Position numbers and translations under genes: made by a program. Below the pieces are notes generated by a model. It worked only from the letters and a program-made list of their open reading frames with translations, was not told where the DNA came from and searched no databases. Shown here piece after piece: positions 1 to 8,939 of a stretch of 64,000 nucleotides of DNA. The stretch lies in sequence record NC_041911.1; one strand, 5' to 3'. Position 1 is the first letter of the stretch, and every line of letters begins with the position of its first letter.

Positions 1-29
1 AGAGGCATGTAAGCCTCTCGTTTATGCCA

Positions 30-647
30 TCACTTTGTCACGATTGCTTCTTCAAACGACATACCCTGTACGTAGATCCGCTGATAAATGGTGTGGTAAT
101 TCATTTCCAATTCTCGACACCATTGTGTCAGGGTCTTTAGAATACCGTCTAATTCATGCAACAAATTGCTGCGCTTGTTATTTTGTTGCTCTTCGGCCGT
201 GGCCCAGCGACAGTTCTCCTTGGAGTAACCTTCATCATTGTTCTTTCTATCGATAGAATGTCCAAGAGATGGCCTAGGACCCATGTCTGCGTAGAAAGCT
301 TCGAATGATTCGCGCCATTCGTCGCACATCGTGATGCCACGACCACCATAATCTTTGTATTTGCGACTATTCTTGTTATAACACCGTTTCTTGATGCCAC
401 TCCAGATGCAGTATTCCGTTGATGCGGCCATTCCGTGAGTTTTGGAAATCTCCGATACCATTTCATTCCGGAGACAACCACAACTTCTAATGAGACCCCT
501 TTTTAGGTTATCGCTAATAACAAAGGTTGTATTTCCGCAGATACACTCACAGAACCATGTTACTGGCTTCCCAGGTTCATGCTTCTTACGACTCAGGACT
601 AAGAGTCTTCCGAATCGTTGGTTTGTAAGATCTATTAAACTCGGCAT
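30..647 (-). CDS. Free-standing HNH homing endonuclease (Cys-rich N-terminus type)
   Basis: CECICG...SCGC, then KRCYNKNSRKYKDYGGRGITMCDEW and HSIDRKNNDEGYSKENCRWAT, typical of phage HNH endonucleases. Start placed at MPSL (647), which follows AGAGGA. Visibly more AT-rich than the core genes. Confidence 0.8.
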   Translation of the reverse strand: MPSLIDLTNQRFGRLLVLSRKKHEPGKPVTWFCECICGNTTFVISDNLKRGLIRSCGCLRNEMVSEISKTHGMAASTEYCIWSGIKKRCYNKNSRKYKDYGGRGITMCDEWRESFEAFYADMGPRPSLGHSIDRKNNDEGYSKENCRWATAEEQQNNKRSNLLHELDGILKTLTQWCRELEMNYHTIYQRIYVQGMSFEEAIVTK

Positions 648-667
648 GTTATCCTCTAACCGAAATA

Positions 668-708
668 GCATAAACGAGAGAGGAGGCGTGCGCCTCCTCT
701 CTATGCCG
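668..708. terminator. Hairpin element flanked by GCATAA and TATGCCG
   Basis: GAGAGGAGGCG-TG-CGCCTCCTCTC stem between the Nudix and HNH genes. Confidence 0.7.
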
Positions 709-1123
709 CTACGGTAATGCGACTAGGTACAAAACCCTTTTCAACCAGCGACCTCAGCGGCGGGAACAGGTTTTCAGGCAACTTATCCCATTCGAACCAA
801 CCCCATACCACACACTTGTTAGGCTCGCATACCACCGGCTCGCCTTTCACGAAGTAGGCTTCCACAAAGTGCGTTTCCCAGCATGTGCTAGTTTCCTTGA
901 AGAAATCTCTCGTGGTTACTTGGGTTTCACGCACGATACCGGCTTCCATACTCGTTTCTTCCGTGAGTTCGCGAGCACCACACGCCACCGTAGTTTCACC
1001 AGCTTCAGGTTTACCACCAGGAAGTCCCCATGTACCAGCGCCATGGGAGCCAATTCGTCTACCGAGCAAGACGCGATTGTTTCGCACCACAAGCACGGCT
1101 ACACCAACTTTTACATCAGTCAT
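701..1123 (-). CDS. Nudix hydrolase (MutT/NUDT15-like)
   Basis: Nudix box GGKPEAGETTVACGARELTEETSM, preceded by VGVAVLV...VLLGRRIGSHGAGTWGLPGG. Confidence 0.9.
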   Translation of the reverse strand: MTDVKVGVAVLVVRNNRVLLGRRIGSHGAGTWGLPGGKPEAGETTVACGARELTEETSMEAGIVRETQVTTRDFFKETSTCWETHFVEAYFVKGEPVVCEPNKCVVWGWFEWDKLPENLFPPLRSLVEKGFVPSRITVAA

Positions 1124-1171
1124 GATTTTCCTTCAGCACAAAGACGGGATTTCTCCCGTCTCTATGCCGTT

Positions 1172-3358
1172 TTAGTGGTAATCGCTCGCCAGTTCCGTGA
1201 TCTTGTCATCCAGGCAGTAGTAGCCCAGCGTTTCGAGGATCAGGTAGAACACCGCGGTACAGTCAAGCACAGTACGACGCAAGTCCATTGCCAAAACGAT
1301 TTCAGATGGCACACCGTGAACAGCCAGACGCTGCTGCGGAAGCAGGAACGTCGAAATGGCCTTCTTGCCAGATTCTGCGAAGAATCCTTCCAGTTCGGTA
1401 CGGATATGCTTGTCTTCGATCTTTTCAAGCCACGACTTGATCGCTCTCTGGTTCGGCAGATACACCGGCACCTTGAACACGGCATATGGAGGTTCGTCCA
1501 TATGGCCATACTTATCAGCGAAGATGCGTTCCCAGAGCTTGTAATGCACATACGGCGACTGATCTTCTTCCTTGGTATACGAACCCTTGGATTTGATCTG
1601 CTGCGAACGGAAGTACGTGGAGTCACCAGCAATTGCAGCTGCGATGATATCACGTTCGATCTGGGCGACTTGTTCGAGTTTCTCGGCAATAGAGATTTGC
1701 TCACCACGAGCAGCGGCGTCCATGATGTCTTTCATCATCTGTTCCGCTTTCTTCATCACCAGGCCCGGCACGTTGGAAGACTTCAGGTGAACACCCTTGA
1801 TTTCCATATCGTACTCGATGAACAAGTTACCTTCCTGGCAGCCAATGTACGCATAGTAGTGCTTGCCTACCTGTGTCGGAACGAATACGTCAAACTTGAA
1901 CTCGTTCTTCATGGCTACTTGGTGGATACGCTCGGTCTCGATACCGAAGTTTGCCGACATACGCGCTAGGATGTGGGTAATCGCTTCTGCAGCCAAGAAA
2001 ATCATCGTGGCAGCAACGCGGTTAGTCTCATCATCCACGAGCATCTTACCAGTCTTCCACTCCACCCAGTCTTGCACGGTGAAAATGGTCGAGTCAGTAT
2101 CAGACGTCAGCGCCGCGCGGCGAATCGAGGTCGGGAAGAACGCCAGCGAAGCCGGAACGTTAGCGGTGACAAAGAAACACTCGATAAAGCTGCGATGATC
2201 CAAGATCACCTTGTCGATGTTTTGACAAGTCGCACCCAGATGGCTGAGCTTGATCCGGTCCGCTTCCTTGCGTTCCAGTTCTTTCTCAGGATCTTCCGCC
2301 TTCTCATCCAGTTTCGGATTCAGCTTCTTCCAGTCCACGCCCGCCATATGTTCCGGCAGCAGCTGAGTAGCTAACGGTACGTATTCTTCACGTAGGCTCT
2401 TGATAACCTTGAGCGGATCTTCGAAGTCGCCATAGCTCGGAGACGACAGACCTTCGATGAAGTTTCGCACCACACTGTCGTTATACATGGCGATATGGAA
2501 CAAGTCACCAATGTACACGAAAGCGGCCCGTTCGATTGGGGTCAGCTTTTCCAGCAGCTCACGAATGATCGCTTCCTGCTTCTTGCTCTTCCAATAGAAG
2601 CGAGTCGAGAACAATACACACTCCATCGCCTGTTCCGGCGTCGGGTAGTGCATGGAATACTCAGCCATTACGGCTTCAAGCTTCTTCAGGTCGGTGCGGT
2701 TCGCGATCGAGATGATGTTGTTGATCACGATCGTCGGATGGTGATAGTGTCGGTTACCCGACAGCATCTTCTCGTTATTCGCGTTACCGTAACCAGAAGT
2801 CGACCGGCAGTTCGACGTCAGCGTCGAGTGCGAGGTCTTGTTGTGCAGCGGAGTCGAGGTAGATACGTGACCGCCAGAGATAGCGTTGTTCGCGATCTTG
2901 GCATTCGACTGCTCGGAGTTCTTGAACAGTTCGAGGTCGATGTTGCCCGCCATCTTTGCTGCAAACATGGCTTTCTTCGCTTTACCGCGAATAGCCACGT
3001 TCTCATCCACGAATTCCACGAGGATCGATTGCTTTTCCTTCGGGTTCGTGTACGTCGTAAGGGTTGGAGCAATCAGCTCTTGGTTGCGAATGGAATCGGT
3101 CAGATACCCAAGGAGCGTGCCTTCTTTCTCGACACGGTCTTCGTAGTTCTCCCGCTCCAGATATTTGATCTTCGGGTCCTTGAATTCGAACACACCACCA
3201 GGCTTCAGGTTATCCTTCACGAAAGCGGTGCACTTTTCGATTGGATCACCAGTCATGGTGGACAGAAACTTGGCGACATCTTGCACGTAGTGTTGCAAAA
3301 AGTTAATGTCTCTTTGGTAGTCCGGCTTGTCAAGAACGAATGGATTGGCGACTGTCAT
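1172..3358 (-). CDS. Divergent B-family DNA polymerase subunit, phiKZ-like (split polymerase)
   Basis: Motif-C-like ALTSDTDSTIF, motif-B-like KIANNAISG and EIKGVHLKSS. Lies downstream of PhuZ as in phiKZ-like genomes. Confidence 0.8.
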   Translation of the reverse strand: MTVANPFVLDKPDYQRDINFLQHYVQDVAKFLSTMTGDPIEKCTAFVKDNLKPGGVFEFKDPKIKYLERENYEDRVEKEGTLLGYLTDSIRNQELIAPTLTTYTNPKEKQSILVEFVDENVAIRGKAKKAMFAAKMAGNIDLELFKNSEQSNAKIANNAISGGHVSTSTPLHNKTSHSTLTSNCRSTSGYGNANNEKMLSGNRHYHHPTIVINNIISIANRTDLKKLEAVMAEYSMHYPTPEQAMECVLFSTRFYWKSKKQEAIIRELLEKLTPIERAAFVYIGDLFHIAMYNDSVVRNFIEGLSSPSYGDFEDPLKVIKSLREEYVPLATQLLPEHMAGVDWKKLNPKLDEKAEDPEKELERKEADRIKLSHLGATCQNIDKVILDHRSFIECFFVTANVPASLAFFPTSIRRAALTSDTDSTIFTVQDWVEWKTGKMLVDDETNRVAATMIFLAAEAITHILARMSANFGIETERIHQVAMKNEFKFDVFVPTQVGKHYYAYIGCQEGNLFIEYDMEIKGVHLKSSNVPGLVMKKAEQMMKDIMDAAARGEQISIAEKLEQVAQIERDIIAAAIAGDSTYFRSQQIKSKGSYTKEEDQSPYVHYKLWERIFADKYGHMDEPPYAVFKVPVYLPNQRAIKSWLEKIEDKHIRTELEGFFAESGKKAISTFLLPQQRLAVHGVPSEIVLAMDLRRTVLDCTAVFYLILETLGYYCLDDKITELASDYH

Positions 3359-3459
3359 TTGTTCTCAGGCGATGTTTGTGGAGTCAAATAGATGCGATGG
3401 GAAAATAAAAAAGGGATTGGGGGATGGCAGGCGGCCGTAGCCGCCCACCGCGATGAAGG

Positions 3460-3906
3460 TTATCCTTTCGGAAAGAACACACGCCATTGGTCTTTGAGGT
3501 AGACCAGCAAGGCACGGAACTTGGCTTGGAAACGACCGTGACGGAAACGCTTACGGATATAGCGCGGCTGTTCTCGCAGATTACCGTTAGCAATAAGGCT
3601 ATCGATCACATCAAGATCTGTTTTCGGGTCAGGCGATCCCCCACTATTAAACTTGACACGCAAGCCGTAGAGAAGATCATCACCGGCGCACGTGTAGCGC
3701 ACTTGAATCTCAGGTTCGCCTCGCCCGGTGTCGCATTCGATCACTGCGATATGCAGGAAGTCATTCCCTACCGGCAAAATATAGAAGCGATCACTGATCA
3801 CGTCGTAATCACCGAATTCCTTACGTAGATGGTGCAGAACGATGAAATGAACGATGAGATAGAACCCTTTGTCCCTGAGGGTATGACAGACTTCTTTGAA
3901 AGTCAT
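3460..3906 (-). CDS. Hypothetical protein
   Basis: 148-aa ORF with AGGA upstream of the ATG, co-oriented with neighbours. No recognised motif. Confidence 0.6.
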   Translation of the reverse strand: MTFKEVCHTLRDKGFYLIVHFIVLHHLRKEFGDYDVISDRFYILPVGNDFLHIAVIECDTGRGEPEIQVRYTCAGDDLLYGLRVKFNSGGSPDPKTDLDVIDSLIANGNLREQPRYIRKRFRHGRFQAKFRALLVYLKDQWRVFFPKG

Positions 3907-3930
3907 GGCTTTGTCCTAAAAAATGAATAG

Positions 3931-3970
3931 CGGCATAAGACCGGGAGAGACCGGGTCACTCTCCCGGTCT
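3931..3970 (-). terminator. Hairpin plus TTATGCCG element
   Basis: AGACCGGGAGAG...CTCCCGGTCT stem adjacent to CGGCATAA. Confidence 0.7.
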
Positions 3971-3974
3971 CTCC

Positions 3975-4250
3975 ACGGCCCCAGAGGCGCTCCACAACAA
4001 CAGTAACAACCGCCTAGACAAATCTGGCATGGAGAGTGCGAGTCTCCACGGATCTATCTAACCACCACGGGTGTCCTCCCACGTTCTTCGCGCTCGTGAG
4101 AATCGATAGATTATCAGACAGTTGCCAGTCGCAGGCTTCACCACAAAGCCAAACGCTACGCCTTAAAGGAAAGAAACGACGCAACGCTAAACAGGTTCGA
4201 CCAAGACCTGCTTTTCTGCATACCATGTACCACAAAATAAAAAATTACTA
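3975..4250 (-). ncRNA. Candidate structured non-coding RNA
   Basis: Gene-free interval between two hairpin-TTATG elements. Holds at least five stems, several needing G-U pairs that exist only on the minus strand (e.g. AGCGUUGCGUC/GGCGUAGCGUU). Confidence 0.3.
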
Positions 4251-4314
4251 AATGTCACAATGGCAACATAAAACCTACTAGATAGCAGACCTTACAGATC
4301 TGTTTCTCTAGTAG

Positions 4315-4340
4315 GTAATATGGGCTTGAAACTTCTTTGA
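4315..4340 (-). promoter_or_regulatory. Putative early promoter overlapping a terminator hairpin
   Basis: Minus strand reads AAAGAAGTTTC-N6-ATATTAC, the same upstream 11-mer and spacing as at 32894. Confidence 0.5.
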
Positions 4341-4343
4341 GAC

Positions 4344-6161
4344 TTACAGCGAGGCAATCGACTGATCGACGTACTTCATGATCGAGACGAATACTCGCCA
4401 CTCGCGCTGACAGATGGTGTCGTACAGCGAACCGCTGGTCGATTCATGCGCGTAAATCGCATTGATCGCCATATGCTGTTCGTCATTCATCATGTCCCAC
4501 AGATGGCGTACCGGACGATCGAATTCGAAGAAAGAGTCCTCATCGAGTGTTTGGTCATCCAGCGAACCTTTCAGCGATGGGTAGCCGCTTTCCATGGTGA
4601 TGAATTCAAATGCGGCGTTGAGGATTTCCCGCAGCTGCTCTACACTCTGGGCTTTTGGCATAGCAACCGGCACCGGATTGCTGTAGTCGATGTCGTAATA
4701 GACAATACCGGTTCGACCATACGTCAACTGTTTCATCTGCCCAGGATTGCCGCCGATCCAGCCGTCATACTTGCTGGATTCCTCATGGAACGTATTCCAT
4801 GCATTGGCAGCGCGTGCACGTTGTGCATTAGCCACCAGCGGCTTCATCGCTTCGTCCAGCACTTCCTGCGGCAGATCACCTTGACGATCCATCGCAGCGA
4901 CTACCGTCTTCTCGAAACGTTCGATCAGCGGCTTAACGATGCGAGCAAACTGTACTGCACTCTTGATCATGCGATCATTTACCGCCGTAGCTTCTTTCCA
5001 CGTCTTGGAAAGTGCGCGAGCGATTTCGTTCGGATTGGGACTGTGACCATTGATCGAAAGGATCAAGCCCGCATCAGTACCGAAGCTCTTGCCTGTCAGC
5101 TGGAAGGATTCCGGCGATTTCAAGAAGCTATTGCAATGTGCTAGGGCGCGCTGCATGTCGAACTTGTACATCGACTCTTCGTTGCTTTGCTGGGGTTTCT
5201 TCGACTTGAAGATGTCGAAGAAACCTTCCGTGGCCGGTTGACGAGCTACCAGTTTCTTGTCGAACATGGCGATGTACAAACCGCAAATGATCGGACCAAG
5301 CGTGTATTCCAGACTGTGCGCCAGATCAGCTACTTCGTAGCAACCTTGGCTGGAGCAGAGCTTACTGAAGATTTCATCACCGTTTTTGAGTTCGTCGTAT
5401 TCGATGGCGCTATCGAGACAATCCCAGTACGGAATGTAGTTGTCTTCAGAGAGCTTCATTGCCTCAGCACAGATTTTCATCAGCTCACGAATGGCTTCTG
5501 CGTAGTCCTTGGCGTTGTGTTCAGCTGGAGCTTCCACTTCACCGGATGTTTCAACACGTGGGAACTGGGTGAACTCTTCGTGATCGAGATTCTTGAAGTT
5601 GAACGGCCACGGGTATTGGTTATCGAAACCAAGCGCTGGCAAGGGCTTTTTGTACTGTTGCTGCGCGCGAGCGACTGGCGACTGCGTGAGCTGTTTAGCG
5701 TTGGCGTCCCAAAGCTTGTCGAGCGCTGCATTGTCCTTGATCTTGCAGGCTTGGTCCACCAGTTTGCGACGCAACTCGGTGTGAGGGCGTTCGCGCTGGA
5801 CGATAGCCTTGACCACTTCGAACATCCCGCGCGCCACGTACACAATGTCGCGTGGTTTGGCGAGTGCCTTACCATTCACGTTGGCATATGCCAACGCCGG
5901 CACCGTAATCATACCGGATTGATCAGCGAGGTTCTTCGTGACCCATTCCGGATTGTCATAAGTGCGCTGCAGGTCTTGTTCCAGATCCTTCGTCAGAGAC
6001 GTGTAGCTTTGACGATTGCTTTTATGCAACATCTCCACACGCTCTTCTTCCGGGGTCTTCTTCGCGAAGAGTTTCTTGAAGGTATCGATGAAACCCTCAC
6101 AAGCAGGACCGTATTCACCGATATAACGCTCGTGCTGCTCAGGAATGCTCAGGATTTTCAT
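4344..6161 (-). CDS. Putative internal head protein with two tandem modules
   Basis: Each half opens with a similar segment, PACE-GFIDTFKKLF and PATE-GFFDIFKSKK, matching the S/A/G-x-E motif cut by phiKZ-type prohead proteases. Confidence 0.55.
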   Translation of the reverse strand: MKILSIPEQHERYIGEYGPACEGFIDTFKKLFAKKTPEEERVEMLHKSNRQSYTSLTKDLEQDLQRTYDNPEWVTKNLADQSGMITVPALAYANVNGKALAKPRDIVYVARGMFEVVKAIVQRERPHTELRRKLVDQACKIKDNAALDKLWDANAKQLTQSPVARAQQQYKKPLPALGFDNQYPWPFNFKNLDHEEFTQFPRVETSGEVEAPAEHNAKDYAEAIRELMKICAEAMKLSEDNYIPYWDCLDSAIEYDELKNGDEIFSKLCSSQGCYEVADLAHSLEYTLGPIICGLYIAMFDKKLVARQPATEGFFDIFKSKKPQQSNEESMYKFDMQRALAHCNSFLKSPESFQLTGKSFGTDAGLILSINGHSPNPNEIARALSKTWKEATAVNDRMIKSAVQFARIVKPLIERFEKTVVAAMDRQGDLPQEVLDEAMKPLVANAQRARAANAWNTFHEESSKYDGWIGGNPGQMKQLTYGRTGIVYYDIDYSNPVPVAMPKAQSVEQLREILNAAFEFITMESGYPSLKGSLDDQTLDEDSFFEFDRPVRHLWDMMNDEQHMAINAIYAHESTSGSLYDTICQREWRVFVSIMKYVDQSIASL

Positions 6162-6162
6162 A

Positions 6163-6570
6163 TCAGTTGTTTCCCACGATGGAGAGGGTGATCTTGTCGT
6201 AACCGTTCTGGCTCAGACAAGCACGGATGCGTTCGAGATCACCGCTACCGACACCATCAATGACAGCGTTGATCTGGAGCGATTCAACCAGCTCGATGGT
6301 TTCCTCGACGATCCAAGGAATACCGATAACAGTGGAATCCCCACCATCCGTGCGCAACAGCAGATAGTCGAAGTCCTGTGGACGATTCGGCGTACCAGCC
6401 GGCAGACTGGGGAAAACGTTGATGTGGAGTGCAGCCAGATCCGCCAGACCGAGTGCAGTCTGGTAGTCGAGAATAGCTTGCACGGTGACATTCTTGAAGC
6501 CCGTGCCAAGGATGGCGCTCGGGTACACGTCGAAAGAGTAAACCTTACGAGTTTGGAAAGGATAGGCCAT
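6163..6570 (-). CDS. Conserved phiKZ-like hypothetical protein
   Basis: YSFDVYPSAILG...FKNVTVQAILDY...VIGIPWI pattern recalled from a small protein found near the polymerase in phiKZ-like phages. Confidence 0.65.
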   Translation of the reverse strand: MAYPFQTRKVYSFDVYPSAILGTGFKNVTVQAILDYQTALGLADLAALHINVFPSLPAGTPNRPQDFDYLLLRTDGGDSTVIGIPWIVEETIELVESLQINAVIDGVGSGDLERIRACLSQNGYDKITLSIVGNN

Positions 6571-6675
6571 GGCGATTTGGAGTCCGTAATAAGAGACATA
6601 AAATTGCCACGAACTCCGCTACACAGCAAAAAAAGACGGCATAAAACGAGAGGGATGCTGATGCATCCCTCTCGC

Positions 6676-7056
6676 TCACACGAACAGAACCGAATCATTT
6701 TTAATCAACATCTTTTTATACCCTTGCGCGTAGAAGTAGTCGTAGATGTTGTAATCGATCAGCAGGAGGTTGAAATCCTGACAGAGATCGTTGAACACCT
6801 TGGCTACGTATTCGCGCGTTACGGTATCGTTGAGGTACAGCTCGTCGAGAAGCTCTGCGCTAGGAAACACGTGGGACTCGTTGTCGAAGTACGCACATTG
6901 TCTCCAGTTCTCGAACATCTCTTCGAGCATTCGGTTAAAGTACAAGACACTGATCGGTTTGGGTAAAATAATGCGCTCTATGGCCCGCTTGCACTTCAGG
7001 ATAGGTGTACGCAGGCTGAGCGATAACGGCTGGTCGGATGGGCGGGAGATTTGCAT
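6676..7056 (-). CDS. Hypothetical protein (start uncertain, possibly 6930)
   Basis: Part of a tightly packed minus-strand run. Overlaps the upstream ORF by 122 nt unless the start at 6930 is used. Confidence 0.55.
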   Translation of the reverse strand: MQISRPSDQPLSLSLRTPILKCKRAIERIILPKPISVLYFNRMLEEMFENWRQCAYFDNESHVFPSAELLDELYLNDTVTREYVAKVFNDLCQDFNLLLIDYNIYDYFYAQGYKKMLIKNDSVLFV

Positions 7057-7564
7057 CTATAACAATCTTTGACAAAAACAAGTATCGACCACTAACTAAT
7101 CGGTAGAACTCGTAGGGGAAAAGGTCAGCATTAAATTTCGTGACCTTGTCAAAACTCGCCAAGAGATAGTCACAAATGCACTTGATGCCGGCCACCAGTG
7201 CATTCACTTCCGTCGAACCGGAATCAACCAGAACCTGGTCGAGCAGTTCCATGCGGAATGCTTCCAAGTTCAATCCATAGTTGCTGCGCTTACTGATCAG
7301 TTCCAAAGCTTTCTGCACACACAATTCATGCGGAGCGGCAAACTCCTGCAAGTTGTTGGTGTACATGGTCAGATTGTTCAAGGGTTCTGCCAAATCCAAA
7401 CTTACGACATTCGGCAGCATCGGATCAGTAGAGAAGCCGCCTACGAGTTCATCGCTCGCGCTATACATTGATTGCATGTCAAATGCCTCTTCTCTGTATT
7501 CATAGACTCCGCAGAGAAATAACTCTGCCGTCAAAGGAGTGGTATTCATAGGGAAACTTCCCAT
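6935..7564 (-). CDS. Hypothetical protein
   Basis: About 205-aa ORF with a likely start at 7549. Contains LFPYEFYRL. Confidence 0.6.
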   Translation of the reverse strand: MGSFPMNTTPLTAELFLCGVYEYREEAFDMQSMYSASDELVGGFSTDPMLPNVVSLDLAEPLNNLTMYTNNLQEFAAPHELCVQKALELISKRSNYGLNLEAFRMELLDQVLVDSGSTEVNALVAGIKCICDYLLASFDKVTKFNADLFPYEFYRLVSGRYLFLSKIVIDANLPPIRPAVIAQPAYTYPEVQAGHRAHYFTQTDQCLVL

Positions 7565-7895
7565 TCACGTCATATCGACCTTGGGTGACCAAAGTCGTGT
7601 GTAGGTAATGCGCAACTCTGTCGCTCGCTACTGCAACATGATCCATAAACCGCGATTGGTACTTCTGGAAAAGTTCCGGATCGCCGTGGGAGATGCAATA
7701 GTCGAAGTACCCGTTGGTGTTCAACAGGTCACCGATCATGTCGGTCAAGTCCTCTGAGAACTTGTCTTCGTACTGCAGAGTTGCAATTAGATCGCTCATG
7801 AAGAAACCCTCACGAGCCCCTACAGAATCTAAGATCTTGAGCAGCTTTTTCAATTCGGGAGCTGCTGGCCCGGCGTGGATGATAGCCAGACTCAT
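7500..7895 (-). CDS. Hypothetical protein
   Basis: 131-aa ORF after GAGGTGAG. Contains KFPYEYHSF near the C-terminus. Confidence 0.65.
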   Translation of the reverse strand: MSLAIIHAGPAAPELKKLLKILDSVGAREGFFMSDLIATLQYEDKFSEDLTDMIGDLLNTNGYFDYCISHGDPELFQKYQSRFMDHVAVASDRVAHYLHTTLVTQGRYDVNGKFPYEYHSFDGRVISLRSL

Positions 7896-7901
7896 TGCTG
7901 C

Positions 7902-8366
7902 TCACCTCAACAGAAAAGTACCAGAGTCAAACTGGCAATTGGAGGAAAGACGTTTCACATGGGAGAAAGGATAGTCCACAAAATCCTGATTATCCTTTTT
8001 CGGCACTAGGTGAATCAATGATGTCTTAGCGTATCGGTAAATGTCAAAGGTTCGTCGGAAGAACTCACGACGATCTATCTGGTATTTCTCCAGATCGATG
8101 GTGTTTTCATCGAACAGGATTTGATAATAGGAGTCGAAAATCTCCACACACTGATCGAAGTAATCTACCAAATCGTGATCGAGAACGTGTTGGAGAGCAA
8201 GTTCGAAGATCTGGCTCGATCCACCGCTCAGCTCGTTGAACTTGCTGAAGTACGTTCTCTGGTCAGGCAGCTCGTAACGACCGCTGCTGCCAATCTGATT
8301 CGGGTAACCTACGACGATGGCGTTGTTAGCGGTCATTGGAAATTCCTCTGCATGTTTTAGCGGCAT
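7902..8366 (-). CDS. Hypothetical protein
   Basis: Acidic/aromatic ORF with a likely start at MTANN after GAGGAA. Contains DYPFSHVKRL. Confidence 0.65.
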   Translation of the reverse strand: MPLKHAEEFPMTANNAIVVGYPNQIGSSGRYELPDQRTYFSKFNELSGGSSQIFELALQHVLDHDLVDYFDQCVEIFDSYYQILFDENTIDLEKYQIDRREFFRRTFDIYRYAKTSLIHLVPKKDNQDFVDYPFSHVKRLSSNCQFDSGTFLLR

Positions 8367-8423
8367 AAAAGCACCGTCAGGGTAAGAAAGCCCCCAACGG
8401 TGTCTAGAATGCCTTTTATGTCG

Positions 8424-8939
8424 CTATTGCTGTTGCACTGCAGCCTTGAGCCACGACGGCAGGAAGTCGTGGCAAGCGGTGATCACAGCACGGCCATCCA
8501 ATGGTGCAAGCGCCACTGGAGAGACCAGACCTTGAAGCACCGGAGTGTAGACCACCAGTTCGCGCGTTGCTGGGAAGAACTTGTAGAGACACTCGCTCGG
8601 CTTGTGGGTGTAATCCGGCGTCACCTGCAACAGTGTGGTTGTGATGGTGTCATTCATCGCCCAGAAGATCTCGCCCATGAGGTCGGCGCAGTCTGCCATC
8701 GTTCTGGCATCGAACGGCGCTTCATTAACCCCGTGAGGGAAGACAATGGTGCGATCTTCCATCGTGAAGTGCGGCTGATTGGTGGTGAGCGCTTCCCCGT
8801 AAAAGTAGTCGCCCAACATCACGCGCAGTGTTTCACCCACATCGACAACAGCCGGTCCGCCGATGAATTCTTGAAACACGGCGTCCATTTCGGAAAGACG
8901 GAGGCGTTTTTCGTGGTATTGCGGAACTGCGGTCGTCAT
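8424..8939 (-). CDS. Hypothetical protein
   Basis: 171-aa ORF whose start overlaps the upstream stop (ATGA-type coupling at 8936-8939). Confidence 0.65.
   Translation of the reverse strand: MTTAVPQYHEKRLRLSEMDAVFQEFIGGPAVVDVGETLRVMLGDYFYGEALTTNQPHFTMEDRTIVFPHGVNEAPFDARTMADCADLMGEIFWAMNDTITTTLLQVTPDYTHKPSECLYKFFPATRELVVYTPVLQGLVSPVALAPLDGRAVITACHDFLPSWLKAAVQQQ

Noticed and set aside
4014-4235. 73-aa minus-strand ORF in the candidate RNA region
   Set aside because: No RBS and an atypical composition. The region is better explained by RNA stems, though translation is not excluded.
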